Shown in pieces: positions 40,198-53,714 of a stretch of 64,000 nt of DNA. The translations under genes were made by a program, and so were the position numbers. Position 1 is the stretch's first letter; every line of letters starts with the position of its first letter. This DNA is from Anolis carolinensis (taxonomy: Eukaryota): NCBI RefSeq assembly GCF_035594765.1, contig NC_085845.1, positions 28,328,024 through 28,392,023 on the forward strand. Direction: 5' to 3'. Under the pieces are notes generated by a model. That model worked only from the letters and a program-made list of their open reading frames with translations. It searched no databases and had not been told where the DNA came from.

Positions 40198-41203
40198 TAC
40201 TTAAAAATAATCCTGTTTTTAAAGATGTGATTTTCTTACAATTGTCATCACTAATGATAAATGCTTTGATATTGCATATTTATATTATAGAAAACTATGA
40301 CATTTCTTTCAGAGATGATGCTTTGATAACTTGCTAGAACTAGAAGAGAACCACTGATTCTATATGATTTTGACACAACATCTGGCAATTAAAAAGTTCT
40401 GTTGCTCTAAGGCTGGCATTTTGGCCTAGACCAGTATCTTAAATACGGTGCCAAAAAAAGTTTAAGTACCTGATGCATCCAAATCTATTGAAACATTCAA
40501 AGATGTCCACCAAAATGAGACCAACCCCCAATAAAGCAAGGAGCTTCCAAAGTCTTGCTATAAACAATGTCATTCTTTGTTGCAGTTCAGGAGCTAATAC
40601 GGAGAGGCACAAACATCTATCAATCTCACTTGACATCTACTGCAGTCCTCTTACAAGATCAAAAGTGTTTATTTTCTGTACATGTATGCAGTATGTATAT
40701 GTATTCATATATATCTTTGCTTACATACCAGGCCTAGGGAACCATTTTTCTTCTGCTAAGGGCTACATTTTCTTAGGAGACATCTGTTCAGGTTAAGACC
40801 AGGCTGCAGGAGGAGGTCTCCATGAGATTAAGCAGAGGGCCACAGGTCACCCAGCCCGATTTGCATGCATTTTACACAAAATGACATGTGTGCACACAGA
40901 TATTTTCAGCTCTCCAAAAGTTCTGTAGTTTCAGCTTGTCAACAGCTATTTTAGTATTAGCCTTTGTGTGTGTGCAAAGACTTCAGAAATGAGAAACTTG
41001 CATGCAAACATGTCTATAACATTTGAATAGTCTTGTTTGGATTTCTGTAGGGAACCTGTGCCTCAAGGTTGAGCAGGGAAACTATGCCTAATATATGTTC
41101 AGCCATTGCACCCTCTTATAAGGAGTAACCTTCTGTTTCACGCAAGAACAAGGTTTGCTCATTTTTAAAGGGACATTTACTGCTCCATAACATGACTTTA
41201 GCA

Positions 41204-41340
41204 CAGTGGTTCTCAATCTGTTGGTCGGGTCCCCAGATGTTTTGGCCTACAACTCCCAGAAATCCCAGTCAGTTTACCAGCATTGATTTCTGGGAGTGGA
41301 AGGCCAAAACATCTGGGGACCCACAGGTTGAGAACCACTA
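41204..41340. mobile_element. Palindromic hAT MITE
   Basis: Perfect TSD CTTTAGCA. Confidence 0.9.
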
Positions 41341-43593
41341 CTTTAGCACAACTTCCACCAAAGAAAGAGCAAGGCTCATGATGATATAATCAGACTCCCT
41401 TATCTTCTCTATCAGCAAAGCATGTATGTATGTTTTGTTAGATACCAAAATTTATTTTACACCTTCTTGGGTTTTCTTTTCTTTTCAAGAAACAGAGGTC
41501 TTATATAGTGAGCTTTATTAGAAACTCTTTTGGAGCATACAATCCTTATGATTTCCATCCTATGGAAACAAAGCAAAACAACTATCTCAATGATATAGCA
41601 CATAAATCCTACACCTGTAACATCTTCTAATAGCCTTATATTGCCATGTTTCAGGATGCTGGCTGAAGTCACAAAGAATTGCTGTCTTTTCTCTGTGGCA
41701 GGCTAGGAGAGAAATCTCAGAATAGATACAGAAACACTTTCCATGTTTTGTGTGGGCTGTAGGTATAGCAGAATAGGATATGAGCCCTAACTAGAAAGAG
41801 TAAAGTTAACAGAAAAATATCAATGTGTTAAGTTAACCATTAATAAATAAGTTAACAAATCTGATTCAATTGCTTTTATATTGCAAAGGGAAACAATTTC
41901 AACTACTACACTGATTAAATTGCTATTTCAATGTACATTAAAAGTTTATACTAAATCTATGATAGACTGGAACTCAGAAATGCCTACTGTGTGATTTTTC
42001 ACTTCCCGTCTCCTTTTATCCCATCTTGAGTTTGGTAATACAAAGATCACCCTTCTTTCCAAGTTGAACTTACTTTTTGTCTTTTAAAAATGTGTTAACC
42101 TTGGAATTAATCCTGTTCCAACCATTAACTAACTAAATAAAAATTCTTATAGCCATTAACATTTGTAGTGGTTTGCATGTTGTGACCATAAGACTGTCAT
42201 TCCACTTTGTACAAAACACTGTAAAGTAACAAACAGAAATCCAAAAAGGCTAAGGTTCGTGAAAGACAAAATCCTTGGCTCTTTAACTTGGCCTCTAATT
42301 TAGCAATTGAATAACTTAATTAATAACTTAATTCTGGAATTAAAGTAATGCTGAAGTTTTAACTTAAGGCAATCAAATTAAAAAATGAATTTAATTAAGT
42401 TGCCTGTTTATTAAAAAAAGTTTAATTTAATTGATTTTAATTAGTTTTCATCACTGGACCTGGGAGAGAATGCCAACAATTGTTCTGGTTACTGTGTGTG
42501 TTTTGCTGCCTGCTTGCCAAAAATACTATGGGATTTTTCTCCCTTGGCCCTGCGTTGCAGTGTCTCCTGATTATCCCGCTTTACCTATATTCTGAGTCCA
42601 TTTACCAGGACTGCCCTCAGAGGACTAAGGAAAGGGCTTATTTCTCATTCTGAAGAAAAAGAAAATAATTACACAAATTACTCCTTTTATTGTAACTGGC
42701 ATAATAAGCATGTGTTTTGCACTTGGGTATCCAAACTCAAGTACAACATGTATTGGAAGTAGCAGTTCTTGGGGCCATGTCGAAACCCATTGTTTGGCTG
42801 AATATTTCCATATTGTTTTCCACAATACGAAACTGGCATACCACTTAGTTTTGGGCCAAGAACATTTGAAGTGTTCTCATAGCTTAGGCAAAGGAAGCAC
42901 ATGGCAAGAACTGTATAAGGCACAGCTGCACTGTCAGTGGTCTCTCAAATGTAACAAAAACAATAATGTTTTTCAGATGTGCAACCAAGGGCCCTTCTTA
43001 TAACCCAGAATATCAAGGCAGAAAATCCCATAGTATCTGCTTTAAACTGGTTTATCTGAGTCCACACTGCCATATATTCCAGCGGGATTTTCTTCAGCTG
43101 TGTGGAAGTGGCCTGAGTACTATATTCTATTCTTCTTTATCTGAGCTACACAAAGCAGCTGTCCCCAAATTTCCAAAACTCTCATTCATAGTTTCTTTTA
43201 TGTGCATTCTTAATTCTGATTTAGAAAGAAGGTACCTCATACAGAGGGCTTGCTGAACCCCAGAGCTTTTTGAGAGAGGGGTCATTCTGGTCACAAGGAT
43301 GCTCTGGCACTGCTTCCCAAGAAATCCAACTGTTCCCCATCCATTTTAGAATTACTGTCATTACATATATAGATGAATTAATATATCATCATGCAAGAAT
43401 GTGAGGAAGAGAACAAGTACAACCTATGGGTTCTGTGGGTCCCCCAATCCCCTTTCTGCAGACCCCCAGATTTCTTGAAAAAAAATGGCATTGCAATTTT
43501 CTACTTCTCACCCACCTGGAAATAGACTTCGCACCATCTGAGCTACTTCCCATATTTTTTTCTAGTGCCAGCACTACTTGAGAATTTCATATA

Positions 43594-43855
43594 CAGGCAA
43601 TCCCCTAGTTATAAACATCTGACTTACAAACAACTCATAGTTAAGAATAGGGTGAGACAACAGGAAGTGAAAGAAAACTTCCCTTCAGAAGGGATATTCA
43701 CTCCTGAAAGGATTATCATGGGGAAAAGCTGCCTCCACTGAAGCTTTATTCCCAATCTTTGTTTCCACAACAAGCCATTTTTTTTTTCAAAATCCACAGG
43801 GACAGAAAGTGAGGTGAAATCTTCTGAACAGGGGCACAGACAGCAAAAACAAAAC
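43594..43855 (+). mobile_element. Tigger-like DNA transposon 5' fragment
   Basis: TA|CAGGCAATCCCCTAGTTATAAACATCTGACTTACAAAC start. Confidence 0.55.
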
Positions 43856-44996
43856 AAAACTGAAAATAACTGAAATAATACTAATGCCTCCTTTTCTTCT
43901 ATCTTCTTCTCTGTTTAACACTCCTACGTTATGAGAGAAACTGCCAGAAGGCACACAATTCTCACTCTTTACAAGTGTGCTACATTAACACTTGCTTTGT
44001 GAAGGATTTTTCTGCCTTTTGCAGCTCCAGCTGTTCATGCTTTTTTCTTCCATTATTACAACTATTTCTCTTCCAGCAAATGGGAAACTTGTAACCTGAA
44101 GTATTCAAGGACAACATAGGTTGACTGAGAATAAAAACAAATGGGGAAAATCTAGATTGGATTAGAAAGGAAAGGAAGGTTTAGGAATAAAGATACAGCA
44201 ATATATATTTTTCCACTAGGAGTATCTTTAACCTATAAACAGGGATGTCATCATAATTATTCATTCTTGTCCTAAAGAATGAGCTCATTTACTCATCTTT
44301 CCAGATAGGGTCTTTTGAACTAAGGATGTCCTCACAAACATATAAACAATCTTTGAAAAGGAAAGTAAAAGATATATACTGTGTGCTCTAATCACTTCAA
44401 AAGGACACAGTTCACAACCTGGAAGATAATTCAGAGCAACTCGTGACAGAAAAGGGCTCCAAAATAATGCTCATTCATTCACAAGTCTGGAAGCCAGGAC
44501 AGTGCAATAGTTTGAGCTTTGCACTCAAACTCTGAAGACCAAGATTCAAATTCCCATTGAAGCCCTCTTGGTGACTTCAGAAGAAAACAATGATAAAATT
44601 CCTCTGAACAAATCTGCCAAGAAAATCCTGTGACAGCGTCATCTTAGGTCAGAAATGAGTAGAAGGTCCCCAACAACAACATTCTCTCTCTCAAAGTGAA
44701 CATAGCACACAGAGGGAAATGCAGCTTAGGTCACCGTCCTAAAACAGGAGTAAACTGCAGTGTTAAAGCTAACATGTAGCTGGTTTTAAAGCCTTTTACC
44801 CTTCCAAGTCCACAAGGACACACTATTCCAGGTATTTATTTATCATGTCAGAAGTGAACCAAGGATACATGTGTAATGTATTTTAAACTATTCCAGGTGA
44901 AATAAATAAATAAGAATAAATAATAAATGAGATGTATCTCTCCTTAATGAGTCCTTGAGCTGCTGTTCACCTGCAAGACACCACTATAGGCTACAA

Positions 44997-45316
44997 CAGG
45001 GGTCCCCAAACTTTTTAAACAGGGGGCCAGTTCACAATCCTTCGGACTGTTGGAGGGCCGGACNNNNNNNNNNNNNNNNNNNNNNNNNNNNNNNNNNNNN
45101 NNNNNNNNNNNNNNNNNNNNNNNNNNNNNNNNNNNNNNNNNNNNNNNNNNNNNNNNNNNNNNNNNNNNNNNNNNNNNNNNNNNNNNNNNNNNNNNNNNNN
45201 NNNNNGACTCCTTGGGCCATTGAGTCCAATCCCCTTCTGCCTTTGTGCACCGAAAGCACAAGCAAAGCACCCCTGACAGATGGCCACCCAGCCTCAATGT
45301 TAATAATAATAATAAC

Positions 45317-45355
<39 letters not shown>

Positions 45356-45604
45356 GAGGGTTGGAAGAGACCCTTTGGGCCATTGAGTCCAATCCCCTTC
45401 TGCCTTTGTGCACCAAAAACACAAGCAAAGCACCCCTGACAGATGGCCACCCAGCCTCAATGTTAATAATAATAATAATAATAAAGAGGGTTGGAAGAGA
45501 CCCTTTGGGCCATTGAGTCCAACCCCCTTCTGCCTCTGTGCACCAAAAGCAGATGCAAAGCACCCCTGAAAGATGGCCACCCAGCCTTAATATTAATAAT
45601 AATA

Positions 45605-45652
<48 letters not shown>

Positions 45653-45780
45653 GTTGTAAGAGAAGAAGAGACCCCTTGGGTCATTTAGCCCAACCCCCTT
45701 CTGCCCTTGTGCCTTGGGGGCCAGATAAATGGCTTCGATGGGCCGCATCCGGCCCCCGGGCCTTAGTTTGGGGACCCCTG
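44997..45780. mobile_element. hAT non-autonomous element carrying tandem CR1-3'-end/(AAT)n units
   Basis: TIR CAGGGGTCCCCAAACT; perfect TSD GGCTACAA (44989-44996 / 45781-45788); contains a gap. Confidence 0.9.
45064..45205. other. Assembly gap (N)
   Basis: Run of N inside a tandem-repeat-containing hAT element. Confidence 1.
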
Positions 45781-46231
45781 GGCTACAACATCAAAGTATC
45801 TCCCTATATATAACGATACAATCATTTGCAGATTTTTTTAAAATTTTGGGAAACTTTTTGATAATCTACTTAACTCAAACAAATTCCCAGGATAACCCTG
45901 GAATCTGCCAGTGTTAATCATTACTGGCATAAAATGATGGGAAGTAAGTGAAGTATTTTTTTTTACCAAGCTAGCTGTTTTGTGACTTCAAAATATACTG
46001 AACATCCTGCCAAACAGATCCCAACAAATACAAGTATGTGAGTGCCTTCAAATAGTCTTTCAACTTATGGCAACCCCATGAATTTTCTTAATGAAATTTA
46101 CTAAACTGCATCAAACTGTATGACATTTTTACATGACAAAATATGCAAGGATATATTCAGGCTTTATTTAAACTATGCACAATCTCAAACGCCTTCCAAT
46201 ATGAATATTTCTGTTCATCAAGAATTTTAAT

Positions 46232-46450
46232 ATGCCACACCCTAAAAGCACAAGATGACATCTGCTCCCAGAAGCTAAGCAGAGTCATTCCTGGTTAGTA
46301 CTTGGATGGGAGGCCAGCAATGTGTCCAAGATATTGCAGATGAAATTTCAGAGGAAGGAACTTACAAAGCCACCTCTGAGCATTCCTTGCCTAAGAAAAC
46401 CTCATGAGGCACCATCAGTTAACAAGCTGCTTGAAGATACATATACACAA
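46232..46450 (+). mobile_element. 5S rRNA-derived SINE
   Basis: GAAGCTAAGCAG...CCTGGTTAGTACTTGGATGGGAGGCC; same body. Confidence 0.8.
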
Positions 46451-48466
46451 AAATAGTGAGCAGTTTAGGTATACACCATGCTTCCCACCCACCTTCACCT
46501 GCATCTGAATATCAAATACACAGCAACTAATTAGATGCAGATGTCTCTCAGTACGTAATGGTATTCCTCAGATTTCCTGCTAATTGACAAGTCATGCTAT
46601 CCAGTAAAAAGGCGAGGAAATTCTCTGCATTCAAAATGCACTACAGCATTCTCTGTATCCTAACACCTTTGAGGAAACAGATGCAAGAAACTTGCAGATC
46701 CTTTGTTACATTAGCGAAGAATTTCTCATCTACCTTAAAACAAGTCTGCACACAAATGGTCCCTTCAACACAGGAGAGAATTATACATCTTTAAATGGAT
46801 CGGAAAAGAAACCAGAAGGTGGTATAACTAAAGCTCTACTAAAAAGGCAGGAATGGAAAAGCAGAATTTTCTCACCCTAGAAAATATGTGTTTCCAAACC
46901 TGTTTGTCAAGGTAACACAAATATGCAATTGTAGGGATGAATCTTTCTCAAAACCATCATATTCCACCACTCCGGTAAATACCTCTGTAAGCTATTTCCA
47001 CCCCCTCCAAGCTTATTTTATCCAACCAGTTAGGAATTATCTTAATGGGAACTCTGCAGTTGACACAAAATTCCAAAAGCCTAGAAAGAATATGTTTGAA
47101 TGTCATGATTTATATCACTGAATGCCTTATAACTGATGATTTATCACTAAAACACATAGAGCATAAATGATATAACCTGAAGGTGGGGAAACAAACTGAA
47201 GTCAACAAAGTGACACAGCTTGAAACACACAAGAATATTCAGTATTTTCCAGCTATTTATATCCTCCACAATCATATTTTAAATTTGTATGTACACGCAT
47301 ACAATTATCAATTACCAATATTTTCATATGCATATCAAGCCAAAGTAAATGCCTCTAAAGTAAATCAATAGGAAGCATGGACACATGCTAAACAATACAT
47401 TTTAGACATTTTACATACTTTATCCTCATGCAATCAGCTATCTTCTAAAACTTGTAAACTTTTTATTTTTAGGTTCATGTAAGGAATCACCAGTAACACA
47501 TAAACATCACAACAAGAAACATTGCTATGGAACCAGCTTGAACTTCCCATTTTGTTCAATAGGATGGAATAAGACACTGGGTAATTTGTCAGGTCAGTCA
47601 CTAAGCCATCAGAAAACATTTTGCTAAGGCAATTCTATCGCAGGTTTGTCATAAATCAGGGACCACTTGAAAGCAACTAAGGCTAAGCTAACAAATTTCA
47701 AACTGGAGTAAGTCCCAAATAAATTTACATAAAATTTTAGTCAATGGGTCACTTCAAGCCATAGTTGCTACCATACATTGTCACATAGGTGCATATGTTT
47801 TATCTGCAGAATGCATGCATTGAGATCATTAACCATGTGCCCAATATTTGCTGTTTGCATACAAACTTTAAGATGCATCCAACTCTCCTCTCGGTGCAAT
47901 CAGGATGCAAAAGTGGTTGTTGTGTTTTAAATGCTCACTTTGTTGAATGCCGCTCAGTGATGCCATAAAATTCAATACACCTTCCTTTTGGATATACTCA
48001 GCCATGCAGGAATACAAATCAATTCTTGAATGTCTGATCAGATCTATACCATATTGAGCTTGATGGGCTTTGCACTCAAGGCATGTAAATCTAAGATCTT
48101 ATGAAACGCTTAAACAACACTATCAAATCAAAGCCCACTTCACCATAAGTGCTACAAATGTAAAACCAACGGTTGGTTATGCCTACCACTGAAGCCACAC
48201 CACCAAGCTATTTGGTATGATTCACCTCTTATACTCCTCTGTAAGCTTTTCAAAATTCCTAGAAAGCTTATGCACAGTGAGAAATGAGCCTGAGCAGCAG
48301 GAATGCACTGTCAGCACCTTAATTAGAAATAAGCATTCTTCTTTAATCCTATCAAAACTAAAGACCTGCTAATCTGTAAACAACTCTTGTCTTGATAGAA
48401 TAATCTCCTTCTGCAATTCTAGACAGGCAGATATATAGCTGGATATATATAAAAAAGTAAACTTAC

Positions 48467-48600
48467 TGTTCTAGGGATCGGTGGAGAAAGGGATCCATTA
48501 GACATATAGGGGTCATTATTCATATTTGGCATCATAATATACCCAGAATAACCAGAGTAAGACGGTCCTTTACCATATAAGCCACCATCTGTGTGTTTGC
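48467..48600 (-). CDS. LEF1: LEF1 coding exon 3 (134 nt); gene continues beyond the window start
   Basis: Acceptor CTCTTTACAG|, reads (G)KHTDGGLYGKGPSYSGYSGYIMMPNMNNDPYMSNGSLSPPIPRT, donor |GTAAGT. Frame is continuous with exon 2. Confidence 0.98.
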
Positions 48601-49754
48601 CTGTAAAGAGAAGCATGGTTAATAGAGTTACTATCTACGGTTCTAATGTGTAAGCAATTTCTGTACAAAATAATAACTCATATTCTTCCAGCACTTAAAG
48701 AAAATGTTCCAGTTTTTATTATCAGTGTTTACATGTTTTCATTTCGTAGGCCTTTCAGAAAGATATTGTTAAAGTGGGCATAAGTTTTAACTGAGTCTAC
48801 TAGCAGATTTTAGTGCATGTCATTTTGCAGAAGGAGGAGGGAAGAAAACACCACCACTCCCAACCAACTCTGCATAAAAATCAAAATTTCAAATAAATAT
48901 CTTTAAATATGAGACATGAAAAGTCTCATATTTCTGTAGTGAATAACTGAGATGTTCTAACTAGCTTGGGTGTTTGTTTAACAAATCATCCCTCTTGTAG
49001 TCTGTATACATGTAGAATGAGGAAGTTTATTCTGATCGTGCCAATTAGAAGCAATTAAGGAGAAAAAAGATTTCAGACTGGCATACAACAGTACCCTGCT
49101 GCTAGTTCTGGGACTATTCATCATAGGGGGTTCCATTTTTAATCTGCTTAAGGTCTAATTTAAATGATAATGGCTATTTTGCAAGCACCCAGACAGAAGC
49201 TGAAATGCTGAATTTGGCAGAGTTCTTGTTACAACTCTTATTGACACAGGCTACCAAACCCTTCACTACAATCCTCCAGCCAACAACACTCATTTCTGTC
49301 TTCAATGACCTGAAATCAATAGATTCTGCTGTAAGAATCGTGTTCACCCAGTCAGCCTCATTGGGGGGGAAAACTCTCATCAAGTCGTGTAATTTGAGGG
49401 TCATCCAAAATATTTAGCTAATTAGCACTTCAGGCGACCACTGTGCTGTTTGAATTATGCTGATTCCAACATCATGCCTCAGCGATCACTGAAGTAACCT
49501 CTCCTGAACTTTAAAGAAAAGGCAAAAGCAGGGAGGTAGAAAGTAAATGCAATCGCATCCTGAAAGGACAAGAGTGGACATCTGCTTTCCTACAAAGGAA
49601 ATATAAGAATGGATCCTTCTCATGCTTCATGCCAAGGATCTAAAATGAATTGGAAACGTATCCATTGCACAAAGGTACAAAGTAAGAACTAAACCTTTTT
49701 TCCAAAACTATTCAAATACAGTTTTTTAAAAAAAATTCAGACACACCGTACCAC

Positions 49755-49962
49755 CTAAATATCCGACATATACCAGATTCTGTCTGAAGTTGGAAGCTAA
49801 GCCAGGTCAGGCCCTGGATGAGAGACCTCCAATGAATAACAAGTGCTGTAGGCTATATTTCAGAAGAAGGGACTGGCAAAACCACCTCTGAACACTCCTT
49901 GCCTAAGAAAACCCTATAAAACTAATGGGATTATCTTAAGGTGAATTGAAGGCACACACACA
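49755..49962 (+). mobile_element. 5S rRNA-derived SINE in LEF1 intron 2
   Basis: GGAAGCTAAGCCAGGTCAGGCC...GTGCTGTAGGCT; same body and tail. Confidence 0.8.
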
Positions 49963-50089
49963 GGCATACTATCAGTTGCCACATGAACCTGCTGATATTA
50001 TACAGATTCTAAAGAACTGTTACAGGTACACCTCTGCCACAATGTAAAGCAACAACGTGAAACTTTGTAAAGTAAAGAACAACTCTCAC

Positions 50090-50153
50090 CTTCCTCAGGA
50101 TGTTCTCTGCCTTTGTCATGGTAAATTTCCTGAGGCTGGCCTTGCCTGGACAC
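50090..50153 (-). CDS. LEF1: LEF1 coding exon 2 (64 nt)
   Basis: Acceptor TTTTGGCTAG|, reads VSRQGQPQEIYHDKGREHPEE+G (human VARQAQTSQEPYHDKAREHPDD, from memory), donor G|GTGAGA, phase 1. Not represented in this frame in the ORF track. Confidence 0.95.
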
Positions 50154-50424
50154 CTAGCCAAAAAGAAACCATCCAATATCATTATCACATTAGCATCCAT
50201 TTAATTTGATTTGTCCATGCTAAAACCTGGTGATGTCCGACTGCTACAGAAACAGAATAACTTCCTAATGTATAAGCTTGAAATGATGCTCCAGAAAAGG
50301 AAGCAAAGGGTTTATGTTGTCTAACTTTGTTCAGCTTTACTGGCTTTCCATGTTTAGTGACATAGTGGCTTCTACAGTTTTATTTTGAAAAATGTCACTG
50401 AGAGTCTCTGTATTACCATTAAAT

Positions 50425-50650
50425 CTAACACCTCCCCAGGCAGGAAGCAGTCAAGCTTTGAAGCTGCAAGGCCATTAAATGCTAATCAAGCTGGCCAACT
50501 GCAACCTTCACACTTGCCTCAAAAGACAAGAGTTATTTCTCCCACCCAGGGCATTCCCCATTTGCCTAGTTTCCAACAGACTTCACAACCTCTGAGATGT
50601 GGATGAAACATCAGGAGAGAATGCTTCTGGAACATGGTCCAGGAAACCCA
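50425..50650 (+). mobile_element. Penelope 3'/pLTR fragment (deleted)
   Basis: Similar to the other copies; hammerhead stem II deleted. Confidence 0.8.
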
Positions 50651-50821
50651 AACCATTTCCTGATTGCTTTAATGCTGGTAAATTACTAAACAGTTTATGC
50701 AAATGCTTTATACAGTTGATGACTAATGCTCTGACCTTGCTGATTTAAACCCAAGAGATTGTATGGCTATTCTAGGCTTAATGGTGTTTATTATATTATT
50801 CTTTTTCATATAAACTTTCCT

Positions 50822-51260
50822 AGCCCTATGAGGACAAGCCCTATGAGGAGCGGCTTAAAGAGCTGGGCATGTTTAGCCTGCAGAAGAGAAGGCTGAGAGG
50901 AGACATGATAGCCATGTACAAATATGTGAAGGGAAGTCATAGGGAAGAGGGAGCAAGCTTGTTTTCTGCTGCCCTGCAGACTAGGACACGGAACAATGGC
51001 TTCAAACTACAGGAAAGGAGATTCCACCTGAACATCAGGAAGAACTTCCTCACTGTGAGAGCTGTTCGACAGTGGAACTCTCTCCCCGGGCCATGGTGGA
51101 GGCTCCTTCCTTGGAGGCTTTTAAGCAGAGGCTGGATGGCCATCTGTCGGGGGGTGCTTTGAATGCGATTTCCTGCTTCTTAGCAGGGGGTTGGACTAGA
51201 TGGCCCATGTGGTCTCTTCCAACTCTACTATTCTATGATTCTATGATTCTATGATTCTAT
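50822..51260 (+). mobile_element. CR1 LINE 3' end (young) in LEF1 intron 1
   Basis: Nearly identical to 19086-19437; (TTCTATGA)n tail. Confidence 0.93.
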
Positions 51261-51544
51261 GCCATGAAAATTGATTTACATTCAATACTATGAATATCGA
51301 TGTAGAAATAAGTCTCACTGCATTAAACACGAATTACTTCCAGGTAACTTGCTTGAGGACTGCAGTATAAAGGAGAAGGGACTTACAATATATTGTAGAT
51401 TGGTGAGGCATCATGTCCACACCAAAAATAAAATAAAAATTATTATGCATTACACAGGATAAATGCAACAAACATAACAAGCTACAAGAACTAATAGCTA
51501 ACATGCTTGTTTACCAAATAGTGCAGATTATTCTAATATGTATT

Positions 51545-51903
51545 GGGTTTCTGTGAGTTTTCCAGGCTGCATGGTCATGTTCCAGAAGCATTCTCTCCTG
51601 ATGTTTCACCCACATCTATGTCAGGTACCCTCAGTGGTTGTGAAGTCTGTTGGAAACTAGGCAAGTGGGGTTTATATATTTGTGGAAAGTCCAGATTGGG
51701 AGAAATAACTCTTGTTTATTTGGTATTAGACTCCATAGATATATAAACCCCACTTCCCTAGTTTCCAACATACCACACAACCTCTGAGGATGCCTGCCAC
51801 AGATGTAGGAAAAATATCAGGAGAGAATGCTTCTGGAAGATGACCATATAGCCTGGAAAACTCACAGCAACCCAGTGATTCTGGCCATGAAAGCCTTCGA
51901 CAA
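51545..51903. mobile_element. Short Penelope insertion with inverted pLTRs
   Basis: TSD CTAATATGTATT (51533-51544) / CTAATACGTATT (51904-51915); ends ...GCCATGAAAGCCTTCGACAA. Confidence 0.88.
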
Positions 51904-52561
51904 CTAATACGTATTTATTGACAATAAAGTTAACCAGCTACTACTTTCAAATCAATCTGTGCAAGTTCCTGCGAATCGTGAGACAGGCTAGAAACAATGA
52001 AAATAACACAAAGCCAAGGCAAACAATGAACAACTTAAACTGAAGCAAGTTTGTAACTCAATCCCATCTCTGAACAAAGTCCTGCTGACTTTCCATATGC
52101 TTTATTCTCAGGACTGCCGCCAGGATTGTAAATGACACTGATTTTGAGTGGAATTTATTTGAAGTGTGTCTGCTTGAGACCATTCTGCTGCCTGTTTTTG
52201 TTACAGCTCCACTTATTTTCTTAATATATTGCTGATATCAGAATCCGGCAGCAGCAAGAGAAGAAGGTGTTTCTCCTGATATACAAGCAGCAGCTCCCAG
52301 TTCCCATGGTCAAGCCACTGAAGCCAGAGAAGTAAGGGTTCTAGAGTTTCTACAGATACCTTTCATGCATCTTTTCCCCCTGAAACATGCTCTGATTTAC
52401 TGAAATTCAGGCTTGGGTAATACATGCGGCAGGCTCATCCTGTTTCCTTTGGCAGCAACATGAAAACATCAGAGAACTGCCTACTTAAGGCTACAGTGCC
52501 TTTCTCTGTACTATACTGCCAAATTTGATCCCTGAAATTTTCTGAAATAACTTTTTTTGGC

Positions 52562-53693
52562 TGTTGAACGCTTTTATGGCCAGAATCACAGGGTTGATGT
52601 GAGTTTTCCGAGCTGTATGGCCATGTTCCAGAAGCATTATCTCCTGACATTTCGCCTGCATCTATGGCAGGCATCCTCAGAGGTTGTGAGGTCTATTGGA
52701 AACTAGGCAAGTGAGGTTTATATATCTGTGGAATGATGTCCAGGGTGGGAGAAAGAACTCTTGTCTGTTTCAGGCAGGTGTGGATGTTTCCATTGGCCAC
52801 CCTGATCAGCATTGAATAGCCTTTCAGCTTCAAGGTCTGGCTGCTCCCTGCCTGGGGGAATCCTTTGTTGGGAGGTGTTAGCTGGCCCTGATTGATTCGT
52901 GTCTGGAATTACCGTTTTCAGAATGCTGGGAGCCCCGGTGGCGAAGTGCGTTAAAGCGCTGAGCTGCTGAACTTGCAGACCGAAAGGTCCCAGGTTCAAA
53001 CCCCGGAAGCAGAGTGAGCCCCCGCTGTTAGCTCTAGCTCCTGCCAACCTAGCAGTTCGAAAACATGCCAATGTGAGTAGATCAATATGTACTGCTCCGG
53101 CAGGAAGGTAAGGACGCTCCATGCAGTCATGCCAGCCACATGACCTTGGAGGTGTCTATGGACAACGCCGGCTCTTCGGCTTAGAAATGGAGATGAGCAC
53201 CAACTCCCAGAGTCAGACATGACTGGACTTAACGTCAGGGGAAACCTTTACATATTCCTGTTTTCAGAGTGTTGTTCTTTATTTACTCTCCTGATTTTAG
53301 AGTTTTTAAAAATACTGGTAGCAAAATCTGGCTACCAGTATTTAAAGAACTCTAAAATCAGGAGAGTAAATAAAGGAAAACACTCTGAAAACAGGAATTC
53401 CAGACATGAAACAGTCAGGGCTAGCTAACAAAGGATTCCCCCAGGAAGGAAACAGCCAGGATTTAAAGCTACAAGGCTATTCAATGCTATTCAAGGTGTC
53501 CAATGGAAACATCCACACCTGCCTGAAAGTTCTTTCTCCCACCCTGAATCTTCCACAGATATATAAACCCTACTTGACTAGTTTCCAACAGACCTCACAA
53601 CCTCTGGGAATGCTTGCCATAAATGCAGGCGAAACCTCAGGAGATAATGCTTCTTGAACATGGCCATACAGCCCGGGAAACTCACAGCAACCC
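52562..53693. mobile_element. Inverted Penelope pair with nested Sauria SINE (52929-53251, +)
   Basis: pLTR/3' sequence on minus then plus strand, with a fold-back junction at ~53323-53330. Confidence 0.88.
52643..52683 (-). ncRNA. Near-intact hammerhead motif, LEF1-sense
   Basis: Core intact except GAAATGTC (C>T in the palindromic stem III). Confidence 0.6.
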
Positions 53694-53714
53694 AGACACT
53701 ATGGCTGCTTTTGA

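Larger units (their letters stand above)
1..48466 (-). other. LEF1: LEF1 intron 3 (partial, >48 kb)
   Basis: Lies downstream of the exon 3 donor. No SNKVPVVQP-type exon 4 seen by eye. Vertebrate LEF1 has a very long intron here. Confidence 0.8.

Noticed and set aside
45206-45710. CRISPR-like repeat-spacer array
   Set aside because: Eukaryotic DNA; the repeats are CR1-derived and the spacers are (AAT)n microsatellites.
52929-53000. tRNA gene
   Set aside because: A/B-box-like head continues into the Sauria SINE body; not a standalone tRNA.
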